The notes beneath the pieces are model-generated. The model did not search any database and had not been told where the DNA came from. It saw nothing but the letters and a program-made list of their open reading frames with translations. Below, piece by piece: positions 36,233 to 48,496 of a stretch of 64,000 nt of DNA. Made by a program: the position numbers and the translations under genes. Numbering within the stretch: the first letter of the stretch is position 1; each line of letters begins with the position of its first letter. The stretch is from Octopus sinensis (lineage: Eukaryota): contig NC_043005.1 of assembly GCF_006345805.1 (NCBI RefSeq), positions 88,846,001-88,910,000 of the forward strand. Reading direction: 5' to 3'.

Positions 36233-38660
36233 CTAGCAGCATAGCACGGCGTTGCCCGGGTATGTAAAAGCCCTAGTTGGCAACGACTAATCCCGATCTA
36301 GTCCTTCCTTCTAGGGAACGAAGGCGCATGTGTAGGTTGCAATGTCTTCTCTTCACTCCAATACTTCTGTGTATACGACGTTCCTAGCTGCCCCTTTGGC
36401 GAAAACATGAAAACATCATTGCGCCTCCCAACACGTGAACAGCCCAAGTAGAGTTGACCGTGGGCGAAGCACTGTTCGCCCAAATGTAACCCAGCGACTT
36501 GTAGCGATTGGCCTTGGGATTTATTGATGGACATTGCGAAGCAGAGTTTAACAGGAAACTGAGAATGCCTGAAGTGGATTGGTAGGTCAGCGCCCGGCGG
36601 TTGAAGGTGCATGCGTGGAATGAAGACGCCCTCTCCCTTCTCACAACGGTAAGTATTGTTGCCGTTATAAATGTGGTGCCAAATGTTTCATAACCAGATG
36701 TGTGCCGTTGCACAGTTTAGGTGGAACCAAATTCATGATGAGCATAATGGGCGCACCGACTTTTTAACTTCAGGATGTGTGGCGGCAAGCCTGGCGGTTC
36801 AAGTGAATTCAGGAATTCAACAGGATAATCGGCAAGCTCGGCGGGGTCTGCTGTCCTATCTATAGATTTGTAGACGTGGACATCACCAGGAATAGCTTCA
36901 AGTAGCTGGATATTGATGGAGTTGACGGTTGTATATTTGGGGGCGAGAATAGCTCTGCCTACCAGCCATTTTAGGTCGCGTAGATTGTTTTGTAGGTCGT
37001 GGAAGACAGCGTCCCGGAGGCTAGCAGGGGTGTTGTCGACAGTGGTGCAAAGTGAGTCCAATTGAACGCAGCCCGTCCGCATATTTTCACCGAGCGATAA
37101 AGGTCCCTGGTGAATGCAGCGGATCCGCAGTCACCAATCAACTGCGCGCGCATGTTAGTTTGTAGGTGCAAGGGCCGCACATGTGCCCAAAGAGCTGACG
37201 ACTTATGGCACGTGCGCACGGCATCGGCACGGGTTCCTTTTGGAATAACAGGTAGAGTCTGCTGAAGTCTCCTGAAAGAAGTAAAGTAAAGTCAATCCTC
37301 CCATGAGTGTGCCGTAGAGTCTCTGATGTCTTGCAGGGACCTGTCCAGTGCCTCAAGGGCGCCTTTGTGTGCCATTGTGCACTCGTCCCATACGATGAGT
37401 TTGCATCTGCGCAGAATGTCGGCCTGTTCTGAGTTCTTGGCGATATTGCAGATAGGTGACTCGGACTTTGCTAGATCGAGCGGGAGTCTGAAGGCAGAGT
37501 GGGCGGTTCTGCCACCCGGAAGCAACGTGGCCGCGATACAGAGGAAGCTACAGCTAGGGCAATGTCCATGTTGCGTCTGACCTCCGCCACAATTAGTTTC
37601 GTGACGAAGGTTTTTGCCAGGGTCGCCAGGTGCGTCAAGGAAGTAAATCCCCCCACGTTGCTGTCTGACAGAGTCTACGATGGTGTTGTAGGCTATGCGC
37701 TGGTCTAGAAGCAGTTGTGGTTCATTATCATGGACGTACTGGTGCAGTTCCTCAATGCAGTAGAAAGTTTCGCGTAACAATTCAGCAGACATAACATTGG
37801 CGTGTTCACGTGTGGGTGGTGGAAGGCCGTAGTCCGTTAAAGTAGAGCCACCATATCGATGACAGCGTCTTTCGAGTTGAATAAGCGCAAAAATGTAAAT
37901 GAGGTTGGTGAACGTGATCTCGACGGTAGGGCAGTAAGCTTTGGTTTGTATGTGGGATACCTTGAAGATTAAGTCTAGATTTCCTCCTGTGGGTTGAATT
38001 ATCGATAGCTGTTTGATAGTTATTTGGGGGAGTAAGAGAGTTAAAGAAGGTCGAGTTGCGTCCCCTAGACAGTCTGTGGTTTGTGTTTAATACACAAATC
38101 GGTTTGCTATGTGTGCCACATGATTTAATTAACCGATTTTTTCTGGTAATAAAGTATCCTATTGGAATAAAAAGAGCCATATAGCTCCTTGGAGCAGACA
38201 TGATGCTCGCTGTGAATTAAAAAAAAATTCCTGCCAATTTGTTAAATATTGTCGAAAATATGTCATCTTGAATTTGAACGCGATTTCCCAAAATGGCATG
38301 ATTTTATCGATTTTTTCTGATGGTAAGGTATTTCATGGAAAACTAACGTCAGAATTAAGTTCCTTAGGGTAACATTAAGCTTCACTATGAGCTTGGTGAA
38401 AATTGATTGCAAGAGTTGCGAAAACTACAACAGAAAATGTGTTGCATATGAAAAGCTTAGATTCTCGACCCCATGTCGAATTTATAAATTTTTTCAGAAC
38501 TGGGGAAACTTTCCAAAATTTTCGCTGCGTTAGTTTTGAATTATGACATTGGGCTATGTGTGTGTCAAGTGTCATCAGAATCGGTAGAAAGCCGTGGTCA
38601 GGGTGAGGGTACAACCTGACAGACACACAGACAGACAAACTGCTTTTATATACAGAGAGA
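36233..38660 (-). mobile_element. Helitron with a disrupted PIF1-like helicase (about 36380-37900)
   Basis: 5' TCtctctgtatataaaagcag, 3' hairpin plus CTAG, A|T flanks; FLDAPG, GGRTAHSAFRLP, IVWDECTM, QFPVKLCFAMSINKSQGQS, HGQLYLGCSRV. Confidence 0.92.
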
Positions 38661-38729
38661 TTCTTCTATACACAATCACACACACCCGTATATATATCTA
38701 TATAAACACATATATACACATATATGTGT

Positions 38730-39344
38730 ATATGGTCTGCTTCTTGGTATCCTTCTGGCCTCAAGCCTAAAGTCACTAATGACTAGCCTATGCTGGGAAG
38801 TACATTCTTCACCCAGGAGGGTCTTTATATTTAAGAGCAACCCTGCATCCCGGTGTCTGGTGAGGATGAAATCAATCTGGCTTGCAGAGTCCCCCGATTG
38901 ATAGGTTATCAGATGGCTGTCTGGCTTCCTGAAGTTAGTGTTGCAGATTAAAAGGTTACATGCATCACAGAACACCAGTAGCCTGGTTCCCTCATCGTTT
39001 CGGGTGCCAATACCATGGCTACCGTGTACCCCAGTGAAGATATCAGATTGCCGCCCAACATGCCCATTAAAGTCTCCAGCCACAAAGATGAGGTCATTGC
39101 CACTCGTCTTTGAGGTAGCCTGTAGAAGGGTATCATAAAAGTGGTCCTTCTGATCATTTGCTAGCGCCGCATGTGGGGTGTAGGCGGAGATAATTGTAGC
39201 TGTGCTGTTCTGCAGGACCAGCCTGAGCTTAGGCACTCTATCACATACCCTAACAACCTCTATGACTCTATCCACCCGTTTCTCCGCAAGGAGTATGCCT
39301 ACACCCCCTACACCATCCATGTTACCTTGCCAGAAGACTTTATA

Positions 39345-39346
<2 letters not shown>
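38730..39346 (-). mobile_element. RTE LINE endonuclease fragment
   Basis: [33 protein letters not shown]. Confidence 0.92.
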
Positions 39347-39391
<45 letters not shown>

Positions 39392-39491
39392 ATGAATATA
39401 TATGAGTGTGTATATACATATTTATATATGTGTGTGTGTATGTATATATATATACACATATATACACATATGTATATATATGTATATATCT

Positions 39492-39620
<129 letters not shown>

Positions 39621-39944
39621 CGAAGTTAGTTCAGTATATATGCGAAGTTAGATCAGTGAGCTCTATGTGACATTGGAAAATTTATATAGGGTGCTATTGA
39701 TTTAAAAAATAGATACAGGGGACACCCCAGTATAAAAAAATCCCACGACATTCACATCATACATTAAACACCTCAAAGAGTCTAACATTGAGTATAATTA
39801 AAGATGGTCGATAATTACTGAATCAACACAATATACCACACACACTAGGTGGTATAAAGGAATCGAGGAGCATCGAACCCAAGAACTCATTCTATTGAGG
39901 TCTCTTTTGTGATGCTGGTAATATGGGGATGTAAAGATACCAAC

Positions 39945-40268
39945 ATTAGTTGGCAAGCAATGTATAAAAACTTAGATAAAAGTTAGATATGTTTCGAGCA
40001 AAGATTGGTCCAGGCCATGTCTAACTTAATAGCACCACCTGATAGGATTATCTAAATCCTTTTTAAGTCAAGTTTTGTTTATGGTCCATTCAAGTAGTGA
40101 GTTCTTGTTGAAGGAGTTGTATCCAGGTATGGGTGGCTTATCTGGTATTCCTTGAAGAAATCTGTCCAGACTCCGTTTAAAGGTGATGGGATCCTTTTCC
40201 TCTTTGATCAGTTTTAGGACAACGTTAAACAGGGCAGGGCCTGTTGAGGAAAAGAAATTATGTCGCGG
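39945..40268 (-). mobile_element. LINE ORF2 C-terminus and 3'UTR (CR1/L2-group-like); probably continues at 42780-42812
   Basis: Minus strand RHNFFSSTGPALFNVV..IK...FKRSLDRFLQGIPDKP..PGY....NSL. Confidence 0.75.
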
Positions 40269-40760
40269 ATTTCCTCACGAATGAATGTAAGAATTGCTTT
40301 CTCGTAGAAGTGGCAATGGTGAAAGAGGCGATCTGGAAGACAGGGATGAAAGGGATTAGGACAGGCAACTTCATATCTGGCCTCGCTTTAGTGAACTTCT
40401 TTAAGTTTCACTTGAAAAGAAAAGTGGAGCTGGAAAGAAGGTGTCTGTCTGAGAAGGTGTTTAAAAAACGATGGATGCGTGTTGCACGGATGTTGGGTGT
40501 GAAAGGCCCTGTGTGAACACGTCATAAAGGAAAAAAACAAGGTGTCGATGGATGAAAAGACAGGGCTCGTGGGGGGGGGGGGGGCGGAGCATACCAGTTT
40601 ATTTTTCTCTCATTGGTTTTTAGTGTTTGTAATTATCGTTTTTGTGTACCATTCGATTAATCATATACACCAATTTAAATTTTTATATCTCATTTGTCGA
40701 CCCCAAAGTTTGTTTGTGCTGTCCCCCTCTTTGCTCACCCCTTATGGAAAATAATAAAAC
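40269..40760 (+). mobile_element. 3' end of a Tx1/L1-like LINE (ORF2 C-terminus, 3'UTR, AATAAA)
   Basis: AMVKEAIWKT...FFKFHLKRKVELERRCL....FKKRW.RVA resembles Tx1 ORF2 C-termini; aataaa near 40753. Confidence 0.7.
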
Positions 40761-40891
40761 TCGCTGTATAGTGCCTTGGGGCGTTGTTATTGTGTGTACG
40801 TGAGTTAATGTTGAAATATTTATTGAATTGTTGTTCAAATTGTTACCATTGTTGATTCTGTAATTGTTGTTTTGTTCCCCATTGTGGGGAG

Positions 40892-42277
40892 ATGGAAAAG
40901 GCGCTAGGGGAAGGCCCAAGTTATGCGGCCGTAACTGGCGAAGGAGTAGACGTGCAAGAGTTGGAGGTCCGCGAGTTAAAGTGGAACCTCGAAAGGTGAA
41001 GAAGGAGTGTGAAAAATTAGTCACAATGGAAGGAAGTACTTTGAAGCTGAAGCCACCCGAGGAGCTATCTACGAATGTGACAAAGAGAACAGTAGTGTAC
41101 AAAACCATGAAGGCAGCCACTAGGAAAATAGAGGTTGCCCCTATAGCGGTAATAGAAGAATGTATCAAAGACATAAAAAGATACACAGCATTCGTTACAA
41201 GAGGAAGAAGATATGCGACTGTGGAGGTGCGCTTCGCAACGGAGGAGGAAGCAGTTAAACACTCCACGGAGGCTATAAGATCGGAGGAGTGGGTGCTCTT
41301 GCCTTCGTACTGTGGCAAACGTGTGGCCAAAGTACGAGTGGATAAGGTGCCACCCGAACTGAAGGAGGCATGGCTGATGACAGCCATAACGTATAATATG
41401 AAAGAAGGAAAGATTTTGAAGGCCACGAGGACCCAGAAGGTGGACTACTGGGTTTATGGAATTGAATTGACTATACAGGCAACAACGGAGGATTGGAACA
41501 GTGTGGGGGATGAGATTGTCCTCCCAGAAGATGTGAGACTGAGAGTTACAGTGGAGGGTAGGCCGCCGATATGCTTTTCATGTGGAGAAAAGGGCCACAT
41601 GAAGGCATGGTGCACCCAGAAAAAGCAACAAGGAGAGCAGGTGGAGAGAGAAGAGAGCGTGGACCAGGTAGAACAGGTCGAGGCAAAGGAAAAAAAAACA
41701 GAGGATGATTTTACTGTGGTAAAAAAAAGAAGGAAGAGCGGAGGGAAGGGATGTCCGCCAGAGAAACAGAAAAAGAAGAGAGAAGAGATGAGAAAAGAAA
41801 CTGTGAAGGAGGTCAGCAGGAAGGAAGACAAAAGGGTGACAGAGAAAGAAAGTAAAAGAAAGTGGAGCTACAAGTAAAGATACCAGTTGTTCCGGTGGGA
41901 AAGGATTCGGAAATTCAACTGGCCGAAGAAGAGATGGAGAGACTGTTTAGAGTGGAGGAGGAAAAGAGAGAACAAAGAGTTCAAAATAAAGGAAGGAAAA
42001 TACAAGGAGGAAATGGAGTATGGTATTACGTGACCTACCCAAAGAATGTAGAAACAGAGAAGAAGATAGTCAAGTTTAATGAAATAGTAAGAGTGAAAGT
42101 AGCATCATACATATATGCAGAGGATATGAAGGCGATAGTGATAGAAAAGGAAAACTACAAGAAACTGGAAGAAATGTGTGGAGATAGTACTGACCACCAG
42201 GAGTGAGGGTGGATTTCAAAGAATTGCCGCCAGTTGTGGATTTAATAGAAATCGAACCATTGAAGAAGTACTATTAA
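40892..42277 (+). pseudogene. Tx1/L1-like ORF1 (gag-like, CCHC knuckle) with about 3 frameshifts and no ORF2 downstream
   Basis: ATG 40892 MEKALGEGPSYAAV; RRM-like region (EVRFATEEEA, VRVDKVPPE); VEGRPPICFSCGEKGHMKAWC; charged linker; further coding-like sequence to 42277. Confidence 0.85.
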
Positions 42278-42821
42278 AAAGAAAATATGTTTGTTAAATT
42301 GAGAGAAAAAAAGGAAAGAAAAAAGAAAAAGGTAAAAAAAAATAAAAAAGGGAGAAAAAGTAAAAAAAAAGTAAGAGTAAAGTGTTTTATGCTATGTTTA
42401 AAAAAAGTAGTGAAAAATCGAAGACCAATTGTAGATAATGTATATAACGGTTCAAATGGTACCGCATGGAAGTGGGGCCCATGCAACCATTTTCATTTTT
42501 TATATAATTTCATCTCATTTACATTCGTTTATGTTTTTTGTCCCCACTGTGGTCTTGTCTGTCCTTGTGGTGTCCCGTCTGTGTTTGGGGCTTTATACCT
42601 AATAAAGAAATCCTCCAATTGAATTGTCACCTTGGGCGTTGTTATTATGTTTACGTGGGTTAATGCTGAAATAATTATTGAATTGTTATTCGAATTGTTG
42701 CCATTGTTGTTCAAATTGGTGTTGTCTGTCCTTGTGGTGTCCCCTCTGTGTTTGGGGCTTTATACCTAATAAAGAAATCTGTCACCATGTAGTGCCTTAC
42801 TTGATTTTACCCGGAGAAAGG

Positions 42822-42912
42822 AACCCTGAGGAAGGAAACGTTTTTACAGAGTGAGGTGAATTTGGACTATTTCCTACAAGCCGTTAAAACTTTTGTGAAA
42901 CGGGCGCAGGTT
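42822..42912 (+). ncRNA. Possible degenerate hammerhead with branched stem II
   Basis: aacc-CTGAGGA-aggaaa..tttcct-acaag..tttgt-GAAA-c gggc GCA-ggtt; cleavage triplet non-canonical. Confidence 0.35.
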
Positions 42913-43468
42913 TGGACAAATACTTTCAATCGTTTCTCTTAATTTATTTTCTAGCTTCATGATACCCCTTATATATTTTAGGTTTTTATGTTTATCTTGT
43001 TATATTTCTTATTTATGTTAATACTTCTATATTGTTATCCTGAAACTCCTAATATAAATATGTGGATATTGGAATGGAATAATACCCCATGTCCTACATG
43101 TGAATTCTGAATTTGCTTGTGTGAATATTTTAAGAGAAATATCTGAAATTTTTATCGTATAGCAAATTTTATTAATCGTTAACTCATATACGGGTGAAAA
43201 AACAGTTGTACTATATAGTGGAGCTTTACCTCCATTAAAATTCTCGTATTATACATACATTCATACACATAGCAATTTTATTCTAGTAGGTTTCAAGTTT
43301 GTATCTCATTTTTTCTCATTTTTTATGCCAAAGATATTTATTTATTCTGTGTTCTATTTTTTATATATCTGTTTATTTTCAAACTTTATATTTGTATCTT
43401 TAATTTATTTTAACGGAAACATACACCCCCAAACGCCATTTTGAAGTGTCGTCTTCCCTTCTTTTACG

Positions 43469-44151
43469 CAGAAGAACGACACGTATCTCGACCAGATTGT
43501 GACTTGCGATGAAAAGTGGATTTTTTAGGACAACCGACGACACTCAGCTCAGTGGTTGGACACCGACGAAGTTCCACGGCACTTCCCGAAGCCAAAATTG
43601 CACCAAAAGAAGGCCATGGTGACTGTTTGGTGGTCTGTTGCCGGTCTCATCCATTATAGCTATTTGGATCCAAGCGAAACCATTACGGCGGAGAAGTACT
43701 GTCAGCAAATGTATGAAATGCATAAGAAACTCCGACAACAGCCAGCATTGGTCAATAGATAAGGACCAATTCTTCTCCACGACAATGCTCGGCCGCACGT
43801 CGCACAATTGACCCTGCAGAAGTTGAACGAATTGGGCTGCGAAACTCTGCCTCATCCGCCATACTCACCAGACCTCTCGCCTACCGATAACCATTTTTTC
43901 AAGCATCTTGACAACTTCCTGCGTGAGAGATGCTTCAAAAACCAAGACGATGCCAAAGACGCCTTCAACGACTTCATCACCACCAGAACGCAGGATTTTC
44001 ACGCTACTGGCATAAATAAACTTGTTTCGCGTTGGCAAAAGTCTGTTGATTCTGATGGTGTTTCTTTCTATTAATAAAGTTTTGTTTGGGCCGAGATATG
44101 TGCATCTGAATTTAAAGGTTAAAAACCACAAGAACTTTCTTGATAACCTAA
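43469..44151 (+). mobile_element. Mariner 3' half (Hsmar1/cecropia-like), pseudogenised
   Basis: IVTCDEKW, VTVWW, LLHDNARPH, HPPYSPDLSPTD, right TIR ...gataacctaa|ta. Confidence 0.93.
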
Positions 44152-44804
44152 TAAATTAAAAAAAAACAGGGTTTGCTTACTCAATAGAGGGCAGAATATA
44201 TTACACGATATTACATGGTATTAATGAAATTTTGAAAATTCCATTTTTTTGGAAGCTGGATAAGAGATAACGTTTTAATTTCAAAATGAAATCGGGATCA
44301 TTTAGTAAGGGAGGTAACTATCTTTATAATAAGCGTACAAAACTAACAAAGGGAAATAACTCTCATATTTCTTAAACCTGATAATGTGGTTTTATTTTGT
44401 TAGTCCATGAAATTTGATGGTAGATTAACTTAAGGATAGGAGTAATCTCTGTAATCCAGTGGTTTGTTGGATAAGATTAAACATTTACCCTTGAATTACA
44501 GTGCATAGTCTGTCCTTTTATTGCACGAGAAAAATTTAAGAATAAAATTAAAATATTACTTTAACATCAGGATTTATATTTACACAACTGTAACGATTAT
44601 TTAAAATTCCTTTAATGGGTTCAGTGATTGGGCTGCGGCCATGCTGGAGCACCGCCTCTAGCCGAACAAATCGACCTCAAGACTAATTCTTTGTAAGCCA
44701 AGTACTTATTCTATCGGTCGCTTTGCTGAAACGTTAACTTTCGGGTACGTAAACACACCAACATCGGTTGTCAAGCGATTGGGGGTGGGACACAAACACA
44801 GACA

Positions 44805-44873
44805 CACAAATATATACATACATACATACATACATAATACAAACATACATACAAACATACATGCACACATACA

Positions 44874-44907
<34 letters not shown>

Positions 44908-44909
44908 CA

Positions 44910-44943
<34 letters not shown>

Positions 44944-44973
44944 CATACATACATACATACATACATACATACA

Positions 44974-45007
<34 letters not shown>

Positions 45008-45075
45008 CATACATACATACATACATATATACATACATACATACATACATGCACACATACATACATACATACACA
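44805..45075. repeat. (TACA)n microsatellite
   Basis: Direct inspection. Confidence 0.97.
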
Positions 45076-45094
45076 CAATTATAAACATGTGGGT

Positions 45095-47003
45095 AAGGAA
45101 TGATGAACATTCCATAGAGGGGGATTTGAGAGGTGAAGGGGAGGAAGGAATGTTGAACATTCCAGAAAACGGGATTTGACGGGTGAAGGGGAGGAAGGGA
45201 AGGGACGAATGTTGAACTTTCCAGAGAGGGGGATTTGATAGGTGAAGGGAAGATAGGGGAGGAAGGAAAGTTGAACATTCCAGAGAGGGGCATTTGAGAG
45301 GGGAAGGGGTGGAAGGGGAGGAAGGTATGTTAAACATTCCAGAGAGGGTGATTTGAGAGGTGAAGGGGAGGAAGGGGAGGAAGGGGAGGAAGGGGAGGAA
45401 GGGGAGGAAAGAATAATGAATACTCCAGAGAGGAACGAACATTCGAGAGGTGAAGGGCAGGAAGGAATGTTGAACTTTCCAGGAAGGGGGATTTGAGAGG
45501 TGAAGGGGAGGGAGGGAAGGGACGAATGTTGAACATTCCAGAGAGGGAGATTTGTGAGGTGAAGGGGAGGAAGGTGAGGAAGGAATTTTGAACAATCCAG
45601 AAAGGGGGATTTGAGAGGTGAATAGGAGGAAGGGGAGGAAGGAATGTTGAACGTTCCAGAGTGGGGGATTTGAGAGGTGAATAGGAGGAAGGGGAGGAAG
45701 GAATGTTGAACGTTCCAGAGTGGGGGATTTGAGAGGTGAATAGGAGGAAGGGGAGGAAGGAATGTTGAACGTTCCAGAGTGGGGGATTTCAGAGGTATCG
45801 CTGAGGAAGGGGAGAAAGAAATGTTGAACATTCCAGAGAGGGGGATTTGAGAGGTGAATAGGAGGAAGGGGAGGAAGGAATTTTGAACAATCCAGAAAGA
45901 GGGATTTCAGAGGTGACGCTGAGGAAGGGGGGAAAGAAATGTTGAACATTCCAGAGAGGGGTGTATTTCAGAACTGAAGGGGAGGAAGGAATGTTGAACG
46001 TTCCAGAGTGGGGGATTTGAGAGGTGAAGGGGAATAAGGGGAGGAAGGAATTTTGAACAATCCAGAGAGGGGGATTTCAGAGGTGAAGTGGAGGAAGGGG
46101 AGGAAGGAATGTTAAACATTCCAGAGAGGGTGATTTGAGAGGTGAAGAGGTGTAGGAAGAAATGTTGAATATTCCCGAGAGGGGGATTTGAGAGACGAAG
46201 TGGAGGAAGGGGAAGAAGGAATGTTGAACAATCCAGAGCAAGGGACTTGAGAAGTGAAGGGGAAGAAGTGAACGAAAGAATGTCCAACATTCCAGTGAGC
46301 AGGTTTTAGAGGTGAAGGTGAGGAAGGGGAAGAATGAATGTTGTACATTTCTGAGACAGGGGTTTGAGAGGTGAAGGGGAGGAAGTGGAGGAAGGAATGT
46401 TTCAAATTCCAGCGAGGGGTTATTTGAGAGGTGACGGGGAGGAGGGGGAGTAAGGAATGTTGAACATTGCAGAGAAGGGGATTTGAGAGGTGAAGGGGAG
46501 GAAGGAATGTTGAACATTTAGAGAAAGAGATTTGAGAAGTGAAGGGGAGGAAGGTGAGTAAGGGATGTTGAACATTCCAGAGAGGTAAAGTGGAGGAAGG
46601 GGAGGAAGGAATGTTGAACATTCCAGAGATAGGGGTTTGCGAGGTGAAGTGAGGAAGGGGAAGAAGGAACGTTGCACATTCCAGAGAGGGAAATTTGAGA
46701 GGTGAAGGGAAGGAAGGGGAGGAAGGAATGTTGAACATTGCAGAGAGGGGGTTTTGAGACATAAAGTGGAGGAAGGGGATGAAGGAATGCTGAACATTCC
46801 AGAGAGGGGGATTTCAGAAGTGAAGGGGAGGGAGAGGAGGAAGGAATGTTGAACATTCCAGAGGGGGATTTGAGAGGTGAAGGGGAGGAATGGGAGGAAG
46901 GAATGTTGAACATTCCAGAGAGGGAATTTGAGAGATGCAGGTAGGAAGGGGAGGAAGGAATGTTGAACATTCCAGAGAGGGGGAGTTTAGATTTGAAGGG
47001 GAG
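45095..47003. repeat. Purine-rich satellite, modal unit 59 bp, about 34 copies
   Basis: Consensus gaaggggaggaaGGAATGTTgAACATTCCagagagggggatttgagaggtgaaggggag. Confidence 0.97.
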
Positions 47004-47005
47004 TA

Positions 47006-47218
47006 TTGCGTGGTACTGATTGTGATACTGGTCACAAAATGGTTAGGGCCAAGTTCAAGTTCATGATCCGGAAGAAGAATCTTAGTGCAGGTGTACGAGT
47101 ACCAAAGAACATTGATGCAGAACAGCTAAAACAACCACAAGTTTTGCAGTTGTTTCAGAAGAGATGCAGCAATGTTCATTTTGGAGGTTCATGGCAATCT
47201 TTACGGGATGGAATATAA
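47006..47218 (+). mobile_element. RTE LINE fragment (end of the endonuclease)
   Basis: RGTDCDTGHKMVRAK resembles the RG.DC.TDH.LV motif. Confidence 0.6.
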
Positions 47219-47254
47219 AAAATGCTTATACATTCTAATTTTTCAAATCTACCG

Positions 47255-47703
47255 CAGAATACTACATGTCTCTGTTGGACGAACTACAGGAAGATTTGAA
47301 ACAGAAACACCGGGGAAAGCTGAGCCGTAATATCCTGTTCTTGCAGGACAATGCACCAGCACACACAACACATGAAACTACAGAAAACATGTGACTTTGG
47401 TTTCGAATAGGTAGTCCATTCTCCTTGCTCTCCTGGCTTGGCCCCCTCCGACTACCACCTCCTTCCACAACTGAAGAAAGTCCCCAAGGGAACAAAATTT
47501 CACTCCAATTCGAATGTGATCGCTGGTACCGACGCTTGGTTGAGGCCCAACATTTCGATTTCTTTTTAGAGGGTTTAAAAAAATGAAGGACCGCTGCAAT
47601 ATGTGTGTGAGTGTGAGGGGGGAATATGTTGTATAACATCACAATTAACTGATTCTTATGTATTTTCTTTTACCCAAAGCCAAGAAATTTTCAGCACCCC
47701 CTC
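47255..47703 (+). mobile_element. Mariner 3' fragment
   Basis: RGKLSRNILFLQDNAPAH, SPGLAPSDYHL, right TIR ttttcagcaccccctca|ta. Confidence 0.85.
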
Positions 47704-48496
47704 ATAAAAATCCTACGTCACAACAATTAGTTACCTATCTATAAAATATGCTTAACATTTTTAGAAAAAAATATGCGTGTCATATTATGTGAAAAGCAAT
47801 TACAATTAATGAGTTATTTAGAATTGAAGTATTTAAATGTTTTTCTATATTTGTGAGAACATTTCATTGTAAAATACCTTTATAATTCAATGATATTTAT
47901 TTAAAAGAAATTATATAATACCCCAAAGCAAAGATCACGTTTAAAATTACCAGTATTGTATGATGGTGCCTAACTAATAATGGACCCCATTAAATCATAC
48001 TTAGTGTTCCTATCCTTTGAATACTAAATGTGAGCATGGGACATGGACATTAAAGGATGATGATAATGATAATGAGGTTGAGGATGATGATGGCAAAATG
48101 ATGATGAGGATGATGATGATGATGATGAAGAATAAAGCGTATCGCCAGGAAAATAAATGCAGTTGGTGGCCAAGAATTTCAACGAGAATCAAAGGAATTC
48201 TTCATAATTTCACTATTTTTAACACAACGTGTACAGTATTTGTAGCGGGTGTGATTTATTACTCTTCGTTGTTTTTTACATTTTAAAATATTCCATTTGA
48301 GTAACTCGATTTAAAAGGAATAACATCAATGCCATTCCAACCGTAACAAACCAGGTGCAGCAATTGAATGACTTGCATAAGAAATAACTTATACATATTT
48401 GCATGGGCACATATACACATATGCATATGAATATATTTATTTGTTTGTGCATTTAGTTGAGTGCGCACAATTTATTATTTGCAATAATGACTTCAA

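Noticed and set aside
40683-41426. 247-aa minus-strand ORF
   Set aside because: Antisense shadow of the purine-rich ORF1; no recognisable motif
43469-44074. SETMAR-like domesticated gene
   Set aside because: No SET domain, in-frame stops, TIR present
45095-47003. CRISPR-like array (palindromic repeat with regular spacing)
   Set aside because: The intervening sequences are homologous to each other rather than unique spacers; no cas genes; eukaryotic context
44771-47035. Pro/Ser/Phe-rich ORFs up to 392 aa
   Set aside because: Reverse-strand translations of the 59-bp satellite; the unit length is not a multiple of 3
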